DNA of 64,000 bases from Blasia pusilla (lineage: Eukaryota), in contig CM114271.1 of NCBI GenBank assembly GCA_050084515.1, positions 41,850,001-41,914,000 of the forward strand, in the 5' to 3' direction. This document shows, piece by piece, positions 52,701 through 64,000 of the stretch. The notes under the pieces are model-generated. The model was not told the origin of the DNA. It saw only the letters and a program-made list of their open reading frames with translations, and searched no databases. A program made the position numbers and the translations under genes. Each line of letters starts with the position of its first letter. The first letter of the stretch is position 1.

Positions 52701-53775
52701 AGCATCGAGGAATGAATCCGGTGATTGATTTGGATGAGGAAATTACACCGCCGAGGTATTCGGGGACCCCGGACCCGTCCCAAATCCGTGCTGGCGTTAC
52801 TTCTCCAAAATCAGTGAATGTTTTATTTCAAAAGCCCTTCGTTGTTGGAAGTTCGCAACATCCTGTCACTGGGGTGGTTCAACAATATGGGATTCTAGTA
52901 ATGGAGGTGGATTGCAACCTAAAATGGTGGCATATATCTCGGAGCAACCCAGGACGTGGACCCACCTGCAGGGCAGGATCTGATGGCATTAGGAGAGCAT
53001 GCGGCACTTTCCTAAATAAGAATCGCACAAGGATGGACGACCTCTGCCTGGGTTTTGGGGACTCAAAACCTTTGATCATTTCACGAGGACTGGGGATCAA
53101 TTGAAGTACTTCTTCTGCCCAAATGAATCTTGCGCTTTCCGGAAGTCTTATCCGGCTGCCATTGGAGCTCCCGGGAATACCCCCACGATTTGGCCCATCG
53201 CCGTAGGCACAAACTGCACTCAAGACCAAGTGGACAATCTTACAAGTGCCGGTTTCAGACTCGTAGACGGGGGAAGCTCGGAGCATGTTCGCATCACAGA
53301 GACCTTCGCATTTCGTATTCAACCCAAGATTGATGTCAACATGTACCCGGAGAAGGTGGATGATCTCAATCCATTATTTCTGTTTGAGTCTAGAAATAGG
53401 GTGAAGAGAAACAGAATGTGCAGGCCAACGGTGGAGAGAGCAAAGCGAATTGCAGCAGCTTGGGAGGCAAAAATGGAGATCATCGCCATGAAAGATGTCT
53501 TGAGTGGCAATGGAATAGGAAGGATGTATTGGGTCAAGAACAACACTGTAAATTCAAGTGTCACAAGGGTGTATGTGGTGCACATCTGTTGCTTTCCCAC
53601 ATGTTCATGTGATGACTTTGTCCAAAGAGAGACAAGTGGCAAAAGGTATTTCCCTTGTAAGCACATGTACTATGTGTTGCTGGTAGTTTTAAGAGAGTCG
53701 GAGGTAGGAGTAGGAATCCACCAACCAATTCTATCCCTCAAAGAAGTGCGAAGTATTTTAAACAAACCACTTTGA
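49751..53775 (+). pseudogene. MULE-B transposase (GCM-type zinc finger, DDE core, SWIM); exons 49751-51764 and 52274-53775
   Basis: CVGSLECRSPACPY...CPHCQ...CVGACPAYIF...HVGSHTHP; WVSFD (D1); GFMANNAQ (D2 reads N); ERSDAFHW (CxxH position); SGAESVHSSW (E); CSCDDF...PCKH (SWIM). Six in-frame stops (50168, 50432, 50729, 51014, 51629, 52505) and two frameshifts. Intron GTGAGT 51765 to TAG 52273, phase 0. Confidence 0.8.
51870..52215. repeat. Palindrome array in the transposase intron
   Basis: About 8 copies, the first four at 35-bp spacing. Confidence 0.9.
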
Positions 53776-55023
53776 GGATGCAAAATGAGATTTTAGATTG
53801 TACTTTTATTTTTCCTCAACCTTCACTTTGAGCTTGAACTCTATTCAGCCCGGGGCAAATGATAGATTTTTTCCAGACCTTGGATGGAAAAAGTGATTGG
53901 TTCCACACTTATGATTCCACTGATTTTTCAGTTTTCTAAATTTTGTGCAATTTGCAACTCGTCGGACTCAAATGGGTTGCCAAAATATGGAAGAGGAAAA
54001 AAAAACTGTGGGACTGCTTAATATATGAACAAAAAAGTTCAATAAAATTCAAACAAAAATTTTCCTCTCTTCAACCCAACAGAAACTCTCTTAAAAAAAA
54101 AGTAGCTATTTCGGTTGAAGGTAGTTTCCTCTCTCCTCTCTCCTCTCTTCCTCTCTCCTCTCTTCCTCTCTTCCTCTCCTCTTACCGCACCTCGAGTGCA
54201 CTCTATGGTGCTAAACAACGCATCTTGGAGGCTTTCTTGGCTTGTAGCTTCGGGCACGCCAGCTATATGTCAAAGTTATATGTATACAAACCATAACAAA
54301 AGTCAATTGTAGTAGTGTAAGACAAAGCTCATGGAAGAAAGAGGTGAGGGAAAGATTACATCACTAGTAATGAATTGTGTGTATAGTATCTTTCAAAGAG
54401 GAAAAATCAAAATCTTTAGTGTATATATTTTCTTATTGATAATATGGGGAAGCACCCCTAAGTGTCAAACCCATATGAATGACCATCCTAGTATGCAGTC
54501 TGTGACAATATCACCAAGAAAAAATGACAAACACCCAAAATTAGTTATTGTGCACACACAATTTACATCATCGTCCTATTCATTGATTGTATCTTTATGT
54601 CACATATATATGGGGGCAAACTACTTAAATTATTTTTGTGATGGAACATCGAAATGTCTCATGATCTCACCCTAAAATATACATTAGGCTTGTCTATTTC
54701 AGGGTGTGGAAACCCTCCACAAAGTGCCTTATGCTCAAAATTGCAAGACCCTTAGATTAGGTGCGTTTCAAGTGTTTGAGAGGTGTGCAATATAGTGTCT
54801 AAAAATATGAACACCGTATTCATAACAACATCTGTATCTAAGTATCCATTCATCATGCATTTTTAATGTCATTCCCATACTTGTCCATATTATATTAACA
54901 TCACATCTATTTTGAGTTCATAATCATAGTGTCCAATTTATGAGTGTGTGTGGACTATTACTGTTTTGAGTTAGTGTACAAAATTGCTCTAGGGAAAATT
55001 TAGAAGGAAGAAAGTCCAAAAAA

Positions 55024-55611
55024 TCACCGTCCATTGAAGGTGAAACCACTAGGCTCATCAGGCAATGCAACAACCCTATTCTGTGGTGGCCATGCACAAT
55101 CACCACTACAACATGGGTAGAACGTGTGATCACGCAGAATGTTGCCATCACACAATGTGCGCCCGGTTAGGCATGTTGTTCCAAGCCTTGTGTCAATGCT
55201 AGTAGTACATAAGGAACTCAATTGAGGACAATAGTTCTCTATGGAGAAAAACATATTACCCTCAATGCATATCGTGCGAATGGCTCCGATCATGGACAAC
55301 TCTCTTGAGTTGCACAGACGAGGCTCCGAATGGAAGCGCCCATCACTAGAAGAGTGAATCCGAAAGCCTTCATTGTGGCAAATGTGAAGTACCACATTTT
55401 TTACGAGACCCAACTGAATGTAACATTTTTCTAGCCTCCCATCATACTCACCCCACATCAACCATCTCAAAGAAAAGTAACACGTTTGAGGCCTGCTAAC
55501 TTCACATACACAAAATACTTCTGCGTCATGATCGTGCACAATAGCCCTACAGTAGACGATGTCTTCCATGATGTTTGAAGGGAGTGGTGCAATGTGGTGC
55601 ATGGTAGCCAC
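55024..55611 (-). CDS. Unassigned ORF/exon (195 aa)
   Basis: Long open frame in AT-rich surroundings with a CAG acceptor-like site just upstream (~55617). Same strand as, and upstream of, the EDM2-like fragment. No family recognised. Confidence 0.3.
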   Translation of the reverse strand: MATMHHIAPLPSNIMEDIVYCRAIVHDHDAEVFCVCEVSRPQTCYFSLRWLMWGEYDGRLEKCYIQLGLVKNVVLHICHNEGFRIHSSSDGRFHSEPRLCNSRELSMIGAIRTICIEGNMFFSIENYCPQLSSLCTTSIDTRLGTTCLTGRTLCDGNILRDHTFYPCCSGDCAWPPQNRVVALPDEPSGFTFNGR

Positions 55612-57110
55612 GTGACCTTGCTAAATAACAAGAGAAGATTACTAAACGGTAAAGAGCTTCAATTTTGACAACGCTTTCACAATTCAGACAGGGCTCCCAA
55701 AGCTTTCAAATGTAGACGTACCAAGAAAAAAATCATATATGCAGTGTCCCTCTGTCTCTTCTCTGTCCAGTGCTCTTCCCTAACTTCTTATAAAATACCT
55801 CGACTTGTTAAATCGTGCACAAACGTAAGACATCATGGCTCTGAAAGATGAGAGTGTCTCTCTTCTCAAGCCGCGTCTAAGTAGGGCAGCAGGTCAAAGG
55901 AAAAAAGGAAGAGGATGGGAGTGACGACTCAAGGAAATACCCAATCAAAAGACTGAAGAGCCGTGGGCGGCCTTGGTGTAGTAGGTTGAAGGAGATGAGG
56001 CAAGAAGGAAGGCAAGAGTAAGAGATAAGAGACAAGAGAATTTTGCTTTCCAGGTGATACAATTTGGACATAATCAAGATTTCACAAACCCAAATTGAGA
56101 TTCTACTGACAACTCTCCACACCCTAACCCTTTATGGAAAATTCGAAAAATTTGATCAACAACGACGTATATGTTGAAATAAGGACCGCGCCTTGCCAAG
56201 CCATGCACACATGCACATGTCTAGAGTTCTAGACAACCAACGGCATTAAACAAAATTATTGAAAAAACTTCATTGCAGCAGGTACAATCAGAGTAGAGCA
56301 ACAAAAATAACTCCCTTTGTTGGTTTCAAGTTCACACCACAAAAACAGTGCATTGGGTACTGCAATTCCGCATTTTCAAAAATTTATCTAGACACAATGT
56401 GTAAATAATGCACTTCAAATCTTATCATTTTGGCCAACATTTCTTTCACGAATGTACGCTATTAGCACATTCATTTAATAGCGTACCGTCGTATCCATTT
56501 ACTTGCCCGAGCATTCAACACTACCAATAGACGGAATTGGACATTGATATTCAACTGTAACCACTTTGAAGACAATGGCTATTTTGATGCAAAATGGTTC
56601 AAAACAATCCTCGTCATCAATAAGGGACTAGTGAAAATACCCAAAGCGGAAGCAATATCCCTCACGCACTCCGAGAAAGTGAAGGATTTCCCGGTTAGTA
56701 ACACCCATCAAAGAAGAAAAAAAATCCGACTCCAAAACTTGAAGCCTCGCCAAATCTTGAGGCAGGATATAACTCCCGAAGTTCCCCCTCTAGACAAAGT
56801 TATGAAGGAACCGACCAAAGGCTTCGGTTTGAGTAGAGTAGGGGACTTAGGAAAGTTTGCAACGGGAAAACGTGTAACCGACAGTGCTATTGATTGATTG
56901 TTCAAAGTTCATTAACTAGGCAAATAGGAGCCATGTCTACACTTTTTACTTTGATAGACTCCAATCCGTGTCTGTGCTACCAAAAAAAATCCATTGTATT
57001 CAGAACACTATGATGCCAACCGGCGTCCTTGGAGGACGAGAGGTGGTTGTAGGAAAGTCATCAAATGATTTTGAAACAAGCGAATCAGAAGCAAGCGCAC
57101 GAAGGGACAT

Positions 57111-58374
57111 TGTGATACCCACAATTTTGTACTTTTGAAGATTAACATCTTTTTATTCAAAGAAGACTTGTATATGCACTATGATTTTGATATTATGGTT
57201 GCGTAGTAGAAGAATGAGTGAGATTGAAGTGAATCACGAAGCTCCAAGGACAAGACAGAGAGGTAGATAATCAAGGATTTGCCTTAGAGGAGAGGAAAAT
57301 GCACAAACGAAGTCTCAAGACCCAGCGCGAAGATTGGAAAAGACAACAAAGCTCTGTTAAGAACTTGTTTATGAAATGCTTCGCTCTTAAACGAAGCATG
57401 ATGAAGAAGAAGAAGAAGAAGTACTTCGCTCTTGAACGAAGCACAAAGCATGAAGAACGAAGAATGGAATAATAGCGAAGAATGGAGCGCTTTGTCTTCA
57501 GATCAAGAGAAAGAGCTTCGTCCTCAAGTGAAGCAAAGAAGGTCCAGACTTCGCAGCGAAGCGAAGCTAAGACTCGAAGTGATTTCAAGCGGCACACCGT
57601 TAGAACAGTTAGACTAAGAAGAGGCGTGACTTTTTGTATCAAATAGGAAGTTAGTACAGTTACGCTCCACGGATTCATAGGGATCCTAGGAAAAGAAAAG
57701 AGCACCATAGATCTGGGTAGTTACAAATGTTGAAGAGACACCAACTTCATCAAGAACACTTCAAATCTTTGGAACAAGTCTACTTCAGAGAGTATTTAAG
57801 AAGCATGAAAGTAGCTATCATCATCATTCTTTCACAAAGTCCTTATACTGTAGGAATGGTCCGAGCAAGAGAGTAGTACCCCCTCATGCTTGTATACACT
57901 TTGAAGTTTTCTCATTCTTGATGGAGTAGTAAAGCATTCATTTCTTCATTCTGATGTGCGATGCTTATGTCTGAGTATTCTTTTTGGGTTTGTAGAGTGA
58001 AGAGTGAATCAGGCGAGCCTTTCTCATTAATGGAATAATCAACATGGAGTTGTAGGAAATCTATTTGACAAAGAGTAACCTGCCAAGACGAATTGAGTTC
58101 TGAAAGTAGGAAAAGCCAACTTCCTTGTTGAGGTCTCTGTGAGGTTTCTTGATGTCGAGAGGATGTCAGCTCCACTAGAGAGAATTGAGAAAAGAAATCT
58201 TAGTACTAAGAAATATTTGAAGACATTGATAAGACATTGAATCTAAATTATTCACACCTAAATACAACTATTGCAAGAGAATTGTAATTTTGAACTCTCT
58301 TTCCACCAAAAAATGATCCTCTTGGGGATCGAACTCAGTAAACGAATGTAAAATTAAAACTCCTATACATTACA
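57111..58374 (+). mobile_element. Solo LTR (1264 bp), diverged relative of the Gypsy LTRs at 13273 and 23165, in opposite orientation
   Basis: TGTGATACCCACAATTTTGTA...CATTACA is the reverse complement of those LTR termini, with shared internal blocks (e.g. CATTCTGATGTGCGATGCTTATGTCTG). TSD GACAT/GACGT. Confidence 0.92.
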
Positions 58375-60727
58375 GACGTGCAAGCCAAAGAGTGGTGAAA
58401 AGTAAATATAACCAGGACCGAGAGCTGTCAGCAAGAAATGGCTGTGGAGGAGACGTGCTAACAAGGGTGGAGGGCATAGTAATGGGTTAGAGGAGAAGGC
58501 CAGAGCGGGAAGATGAGCTATGACAAAACTTCCCTTGAAGAGATGCCAATGAAACCATTCAATAGACACTCAATCCCTCACTCTCTCTTCCTTCTCACTC
58601 TCTCTCGCTTGAACGACACTCTCCAAACAGAATTCTCAGCAATCTTGCACAAAACCTACTCTACTTTCTCGATAACTCAAAGCTTGGAGTGAGACAGCTC
58701 CAACCAACGTCATCCGAGGGCAGAATAAAACGCGCGAGTGTCGCAGTAAATTGTTCGTGGGAGTGCGACTTCAGCAGAGAAGGTGGAGATGAGTATTTGG
58801 CATTGATTTTGGGGTTTGTGGTGTTCAGATCAGAAGCAGCTTGTCATCTCAATGAGACTTATGCGACTGCATTTATGCCGACTCTGATGGCCGATTGCCA
58901 ACTTCGATGGGACTGAAATTGCAACGTCACCCTCTAGGGACCAAAATTGCAGAATCTTGCCCATATGCTTGCCCGGTATTTTTGTGTAGCATCTCAACTC
59001 GCGGGCAAGAAGCAACTCAACTTAGAGAGCGCACATTGCAAGAGTCCATAATTAACCTAAGAGCTCGTGGAGCAACTACACGAAATCGCTGTAGGAAACG
59101 GGACCGTTCGTCATTTCACAAACATGGATATTGTGCGTCCGGAAGGGTCCTATGTTCGTGGGTTCTAGGTTAAAATACTAGAGCGGTAGTGTCCGAGGAC
59201 TTGGGAGAGCAGCAATTGCAGAGAGAGAGAGAGAGTTTTTTGGGTCTAATTTTAAAGTTATTACTTTTTATAGTTTTTGGTTAGGATTTAAAAATAAATC
59301 TATTTGTAAGTTATTTGGGCGACTGTCTACACACAAGCTAGCTAAGCCAATCCTTCCAATGTAGCACTCTATAGCTTTGATCTGACTTTGTTTCATAGAG
59401 TCACTAAAGGTAGTTAGAAAATTTTGGGTGTTGGTGACTCCAAATAGATTTGAAAATCACGGTGTGACCTTTTAGAGTGATACCTTAGCCAAAAATCTTC
59501 GATCATGTGGTGTTTCGAAAAGAGAGAGAGAGTAAATTTTTTTTTTGAAAAATCGACCTTTTTAATGTGAATGAGGTCTGGTAGATGTCGCGTTAGCCTA
59601 CCTCGTGCAGGAGAATCACGGGTGAGGGCGGCGGTTGGTAGGTACACAAGATAGCGAGACACGGAAGCAAGTCCCGGACTGGGTCTCGGACAAGGAGGAC
59701 GAGGTGAAGTTGCGGTTGCGAGGGTAGACCGACTGGAGATGGGTCGTGGAAAGACGAACAACCGGGCTGTGTCGGGGTCCATGACAGCCGTGGCGAGAGA
59801 GCCAGTGAGACTCCCACGTGGCGAGACCTGGAGCTCAGGTCCTGGGAAAGTAGTAGTGTGGTGGGCGGCATGGGATGCGGGAGGGACAAGTTAGTTGAAG
59901 CACAGGCAGAATCGCTCGGTCCTCGAATCTGCGAAGGAAAGCCCAGAGGCGCAAGAGTTAGCTATGGTCTTGGACGGCGGCTGGACAATGCTCACAAGAC
60001 ACGCACCATGAAATAGCGCATTACAGCGAGTGTTTTATTATTAACACAGACCGACCCTCTCGAGTCCCACGCACCACTGTAAACAGACAGGGAACGATTT
60101 ATTCTGCTGGTCGTCGTTCTTTTTTTTAACTCCTTATCCATGAGCCTCCTCTCCTCTTCACGGGACTATAGAAGCTGGAATTCAGATCTATCTATCAAGC
60201 GGCTTCTCAGCTTCATGCAAGCGTGCGCTGCTGCTTGTGTTACTGCCTCTGCGGCTGCTGGGGTTTTCCAAGGCCGGTGCATGAACCAGTTCGGGGGCGT
60301 GGCAAGGCGAGGCGAGACGAAGTGCGTGCTGGTGGGAGGAGTGCAGCGACGCTGTGAGAGGGAAATGTGGCTTTAGCCGTGCGGATCGAGTACCAATGCT
60401 TTCAGTGCCCGATCGCTCGCCAGCTGTGGTGGTGCAGGTGGGAGATTTCTCTTTGGAACCAGAAGATTGGGGAAGGGGAAAATCGACTGATTTCATTGAT
60501 TCCGTCGGCCTCCAGCTCCACTTGCATCTGGGCACCTGACGCAAGAAGAACGGAATGGCGTCGGCCAGGACATAATGAAACTCTTCCACTTCAAGCGGCA
60601 GCGGTCGTCGGTGATCGATTCAGTGCGCGAACGCCGGATTGGAGCTTGTTCAAATCCTCTGGGAAACTGAACTCCGTCCAGATTTGAGTGAAGTTAGTTG
60701 GGGGTCACCAAGAGACACGAAGAGATC

Positions 60728-63700
60728 ATGGCGTCAATGGGTTCAGCTTGTCAGAGCTTCTCCATGCGAGGAAGTCCAGAAAATAGTGGGCATAATGTTG
60801 AGAGGGGTAAGCAAAATAATTCATGGCTCTTTTCCTCCGTGTCGCAACGTCGTTACCCACATTTGGGTCCAACTGCTTTCGAAAGCCTCAAATCAACATC
60901 ACGAGGAGAATCACACATTACACCGAATCGCAGTGCATTTCTCGGATCCCACTTACTTTCATCGAGAAGATTATCAAAAGCCTTAAGTTCTCTATGTACA
61001 AGTCCACTCCTCTCCTCTTCGCCACGCAATCGACTCTCTTGTTTCTCAAAATCAGATAGCCAAACTCCCAAACTTCCAACGTCGGACAAGTCGACAAATC
61101 AAAAACTCCAAAAGCTTCAACGTAAGGGTAGTATGCTACGTCCCAGAGCACAAACAAGTAACATGACCTGTCGTGCTCAGGCAGCATCCGATATGGAGAT
61201 GCCCAACACCGGGTTCGATCAATTGAAGAACCACTTCCCTACAATAATTCAAACTGAGAGAGCGAAAGTTGCTCTGATGGTGGCCTTCGCCATGGCCCTT
61301 TGTAATGCGGATCGAGTCGTAATGTCCGTCGCAATTATGCCCCTCTCTACTTCACACAACTGGAGTACAAGCTTCTCCGGGATCGTGCAGGTTCTTTCTC
61401 TCTCTCCCTGTCTCCCCTTCATTTTGTGTGCATATATGTTGAATCGTGAGTCTAGTTTAAGAATTTTAGTGCTCAAAGGGAGGGAGTCGGCGTGAGATTA
61501 CCATTGATGGCTTAAAGGCTCTAAAGTTCATGACTACTAAATTGCTTGTTTGTGTCGGCAGTCTTCGTTCTTGTGGGGATATTTGATTTCTCCCATTCCT
61601 GGAGGACTACTGGCTGATCGGTTCGGTGGCAAGGTGGTGATGGGTTGGGGAGTAATCATATGGTCGTTGGCAACCATGGCAACCCCATGGGCCGCAAGCC
61701 ACTCGATGGGAATGCTCCTTGCCATGCGAGCTGTCATGGGGCTAGCAGAAGGAGTGGCGATGCCCTGCATGAACAACCTGGTCTGCAAGTAAGACGCAAT
61801 TCTTTGAACTGTTGTCCAGCATCTATTGATTGCTGCAGTCATCATTTCTTCTCGCGAGAGGTGTTGCGTTTGTGACATCTTGCTAACAGGAAGTTCCTCC
61901 ACGATGACGGCAGATGGTTTCCTTCAATGGAAAGAGCCAGGGCAGTAGGGATAACAATGGCGGGATTCCACCTGGGGAGTGTGGCAGGGCTGCTCTTTAC
62001 CCCAGGTCTCATGAAGAACTATGGCCTGTCTGGACCCTTCTGGGCTTTCGGATTGCTGGGAGTCGTGTGGTTGAGTATGTGGTCATTTATCTCCAAGGAT
62101 CCTCAAAGTAGCTCCACTATCACAGATAGCGAATTTTCCCACATCGAAAGTGGGAGTGAGAATCTAGGCAATCCTCCGAAAGGTTCCTCCGGCCTGCCAC
62201 CAGTTCTCAAGATTTTTTCCAAACTACCCCCATGGGCCATTATTGTGGCAAATGCCATGAACAATTGGGTAAGCGCGATAATGTGCGACTTTCTGTTGAC
62301 AACTGCTACAAACATGCAGAGGAGGGGAAGTCAAAAGTTAGTCTTGAAAATTTGAGCTGCCCCGGTCCATAACCGGCAACGAATTGACCAGACCTATATT
62401 GTCAAAGATAAGTTTTTCCCCTACCTAGATTTTTTCAGGGATTAGCGGATATGTACTTTGCTAACGATGTCCCCTGGGGCGTGCAGGGATACTTTATTCT
62501 TCTGTCATGGATGCCAGCTTACTTTAATACGGTACGATAATGCTGGCTTCTTAGGGACGTCTAGATAACGACAGGTGGACCGAATATAATTACTCGTGAA
62601 CTCAAAGAGTAGAGTGCATTTTCTCTGGAAAGACTTCGTCAAGAGATAATGTTCAATGCTTTAACCCGCGTCGATGACTTGACATTGTGGACCTTCTGGA
62701 TCGTTTGCAACGACGCAGGTTCTAGGTGTCAATCTGAAAGAGGCTGCATGGTTGAGTGCTGCTCCTTGGGCTATGATGGCCCTCACTGGGTTTTTGGCTG
62801 GTGCGTGCTCAGATGCCTTAACTCAGATTGGAGTCAGCATCACCAATGTTCGTAAAATCATGCAGGTATGAGGGCCCCACAGAAGGTTTGATAATACGAG
62901 CACATCCTGCACACTCGGATAATTAACTGAACACGCTAGTAGAGTACGATGATCCAAGTTTCAAAATAAAATAAAATTTCCTTTAAATAAAATAATGAAA
63001 AGCAGACAAGGTCTTCGAACTTGCACGACATCAATGAGTGTAAAGTCTGTAGACGTCATTCCTCCTTCCACGAAAGGTGCAACATCTGCTCGTATTTGAT
63101 GCCATGATCTATCGAGATTGGTTTTGATTTCAACTCTTCATCTTTGGCAGACCGTCGGATTTGTGGGCCCGGCGTTGTCACTACTGTGCCTAAACTCGGT
63201 GAGAGATCCAGCTGTTGCATCCGCGTGGCTTACGGCTGCCCTTGGTCTGAGCGCCTTCAGTCAGGCTGGGTTTCTCGTAAACCACCAGGTACACATTCTT
63301 CTTCGAATGCCAGATTACTGATGGAGATTAATTAGTATGTTGATAGGGGTACTGGTGACTTCATTTATAGGGCTGATCCGGACAGAGTGTGTGAACATCG
63401 GGAAAACAGAGAAGAGAAGAAGATAATTAGTACCATTCCTGACCGAGAACTTCGAAGGTCACTGTCGTAGATGCACTTCAAGCTGATCATCCCATAATTG
63501 GCTGGTGATGTAGGAGATCGCACCAAGATACGCCGGCTTCCTCCATGGTAAGCGTCGTCTAACACACTGAAATGCTCACCAATCAGGATGGTTAGAATGT
63601 ATGCACCTTCCGAGTCAATTTCTACCAAGGGCTTTCGTTCTTCCGTTCCGCCGCTAGGTCGCATCGATCCTACGAACATAGCGTCACACTCCGAAACGAA

Positions 63701-63941
63701 AACTAAGATCCGCTCGAGCCGGATGCGATACACGACTTGACACTTGTTCTATTTCCTGACTGTTGCAGGTGTGTCAAACACCGCTGGAACTCTTGCCGCA
63801 ATAGTCAGTACGGTGGGAGCGGGCTTCTTCATTGAGCGGCTTGGTTCCCTCCAATCATTTTTGACACTGACAGCCGTTCTCTATTTGGTCACCGCTGTCT
63901 TCTGGAACTGTTTCGCATCCGGAGAACGGATTTTTCCTTAG
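60728..63941 (+). CDS. PHT4: Plastid anion/phosphate transporter, PHT4/ANTR family (MFS, SLC17-like), PHT4;2/4;3 type; exons 60728-61390, 61562-61788, 61914-62268, 62487-62531, 62719-62865, 63151-63288, 63514-63547, 63769-63941 (593 aa)
   Basis: LCNADRVVMSVAI, GIVQSSFLWGY, DRFGGK, GLAEGVAMP, WFPSMERARAVG, GYFILLSWMP, VRKIMQ, QEIAPRYAG and GVSNTAGT. All introns are GT-AG and the exons sum to 1782 nt in frame. The Ser/Arg-rich N-terminus suggests a transit peptide. Confidence 0.95.
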
Positions 63942-64000
63942 CTTCAGATATCATCGTTACAACCAACTCCATGCGAGGACCACTCGAAATAGGTAGTTTA

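Larger units (their letters stand above)
41728..54193. mobile_element. Mutator-like DNA transposon 'MULE-B' (~12.5 kb) with two divergent genes
   Basis: 10-bp direct repeat GAGTGCACTC at 41718-41727 and 54194-54203. Imperfect inverted termini (GGGGGCAAGTA...GTAAGAGAGGAGAGGAAGAGAGG versus reverse complement GAGGTGCGGTAAGAGGAGAGGAAGAGAGG). The element-specific palindrome occurs only between these ends. Confidence 0.8.

Noticed and set aside
38156-54317. Possible CACTA termini: TAA-CACTACATTG at 38156 and TAGTAGTG-TAA ending 54317
   Set aside because: The matching 3-bp flank is suggestive, but inverted identity is only ~6 bp and several other CACTA pentamers are nearby. Not supportable without sister copies.
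56390-57100. Possible decayed minus-strand coding sequence next to the solo LTR
   Set aside because: Many stops and no recognisable family; cannot be distinguished from non-coding DNA by eye.

Overview
AT-rich, intron-containing land-plant DNA, bryophyte-like by gene and transposon content (inference). About 55 kb is a nested transposon pile: hAT remnants, three solo LTRs, a spliced MULE transposase pseudogene whose first intron holds a solo LTR that in turn holds a full-length non-chromoviral Ty3/Gypsy element, a full-length Ty1/Copia element, a CACTA fragment and an EDM2-like PHD-finger pseudogene. One apparently intact host gene lies at the right end: a plastid PHT4/ANTR anion transporter (8 exons, 60728-63941). 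The most unusual object is a ~12.5-kb Mutator-like element (41728-54193, 10-bp direct repeat GAGTGCACTC) with two divergent spliced genes. One is a GCM-type zinc finger/DDE/SWIM transposase. The other is a cargo protein joining a ParB-like DGNH motif to a beta-class N4-cytosine/N6-adenine DNA methyltransferase-like domain. About 40 copies of a 27-bp palindrome fill its introns, intergenic spacer and subterminal DNA. This copy is disrupted by stops and frameshifts. Family assignments are by-eye motif recognition, not database searches.
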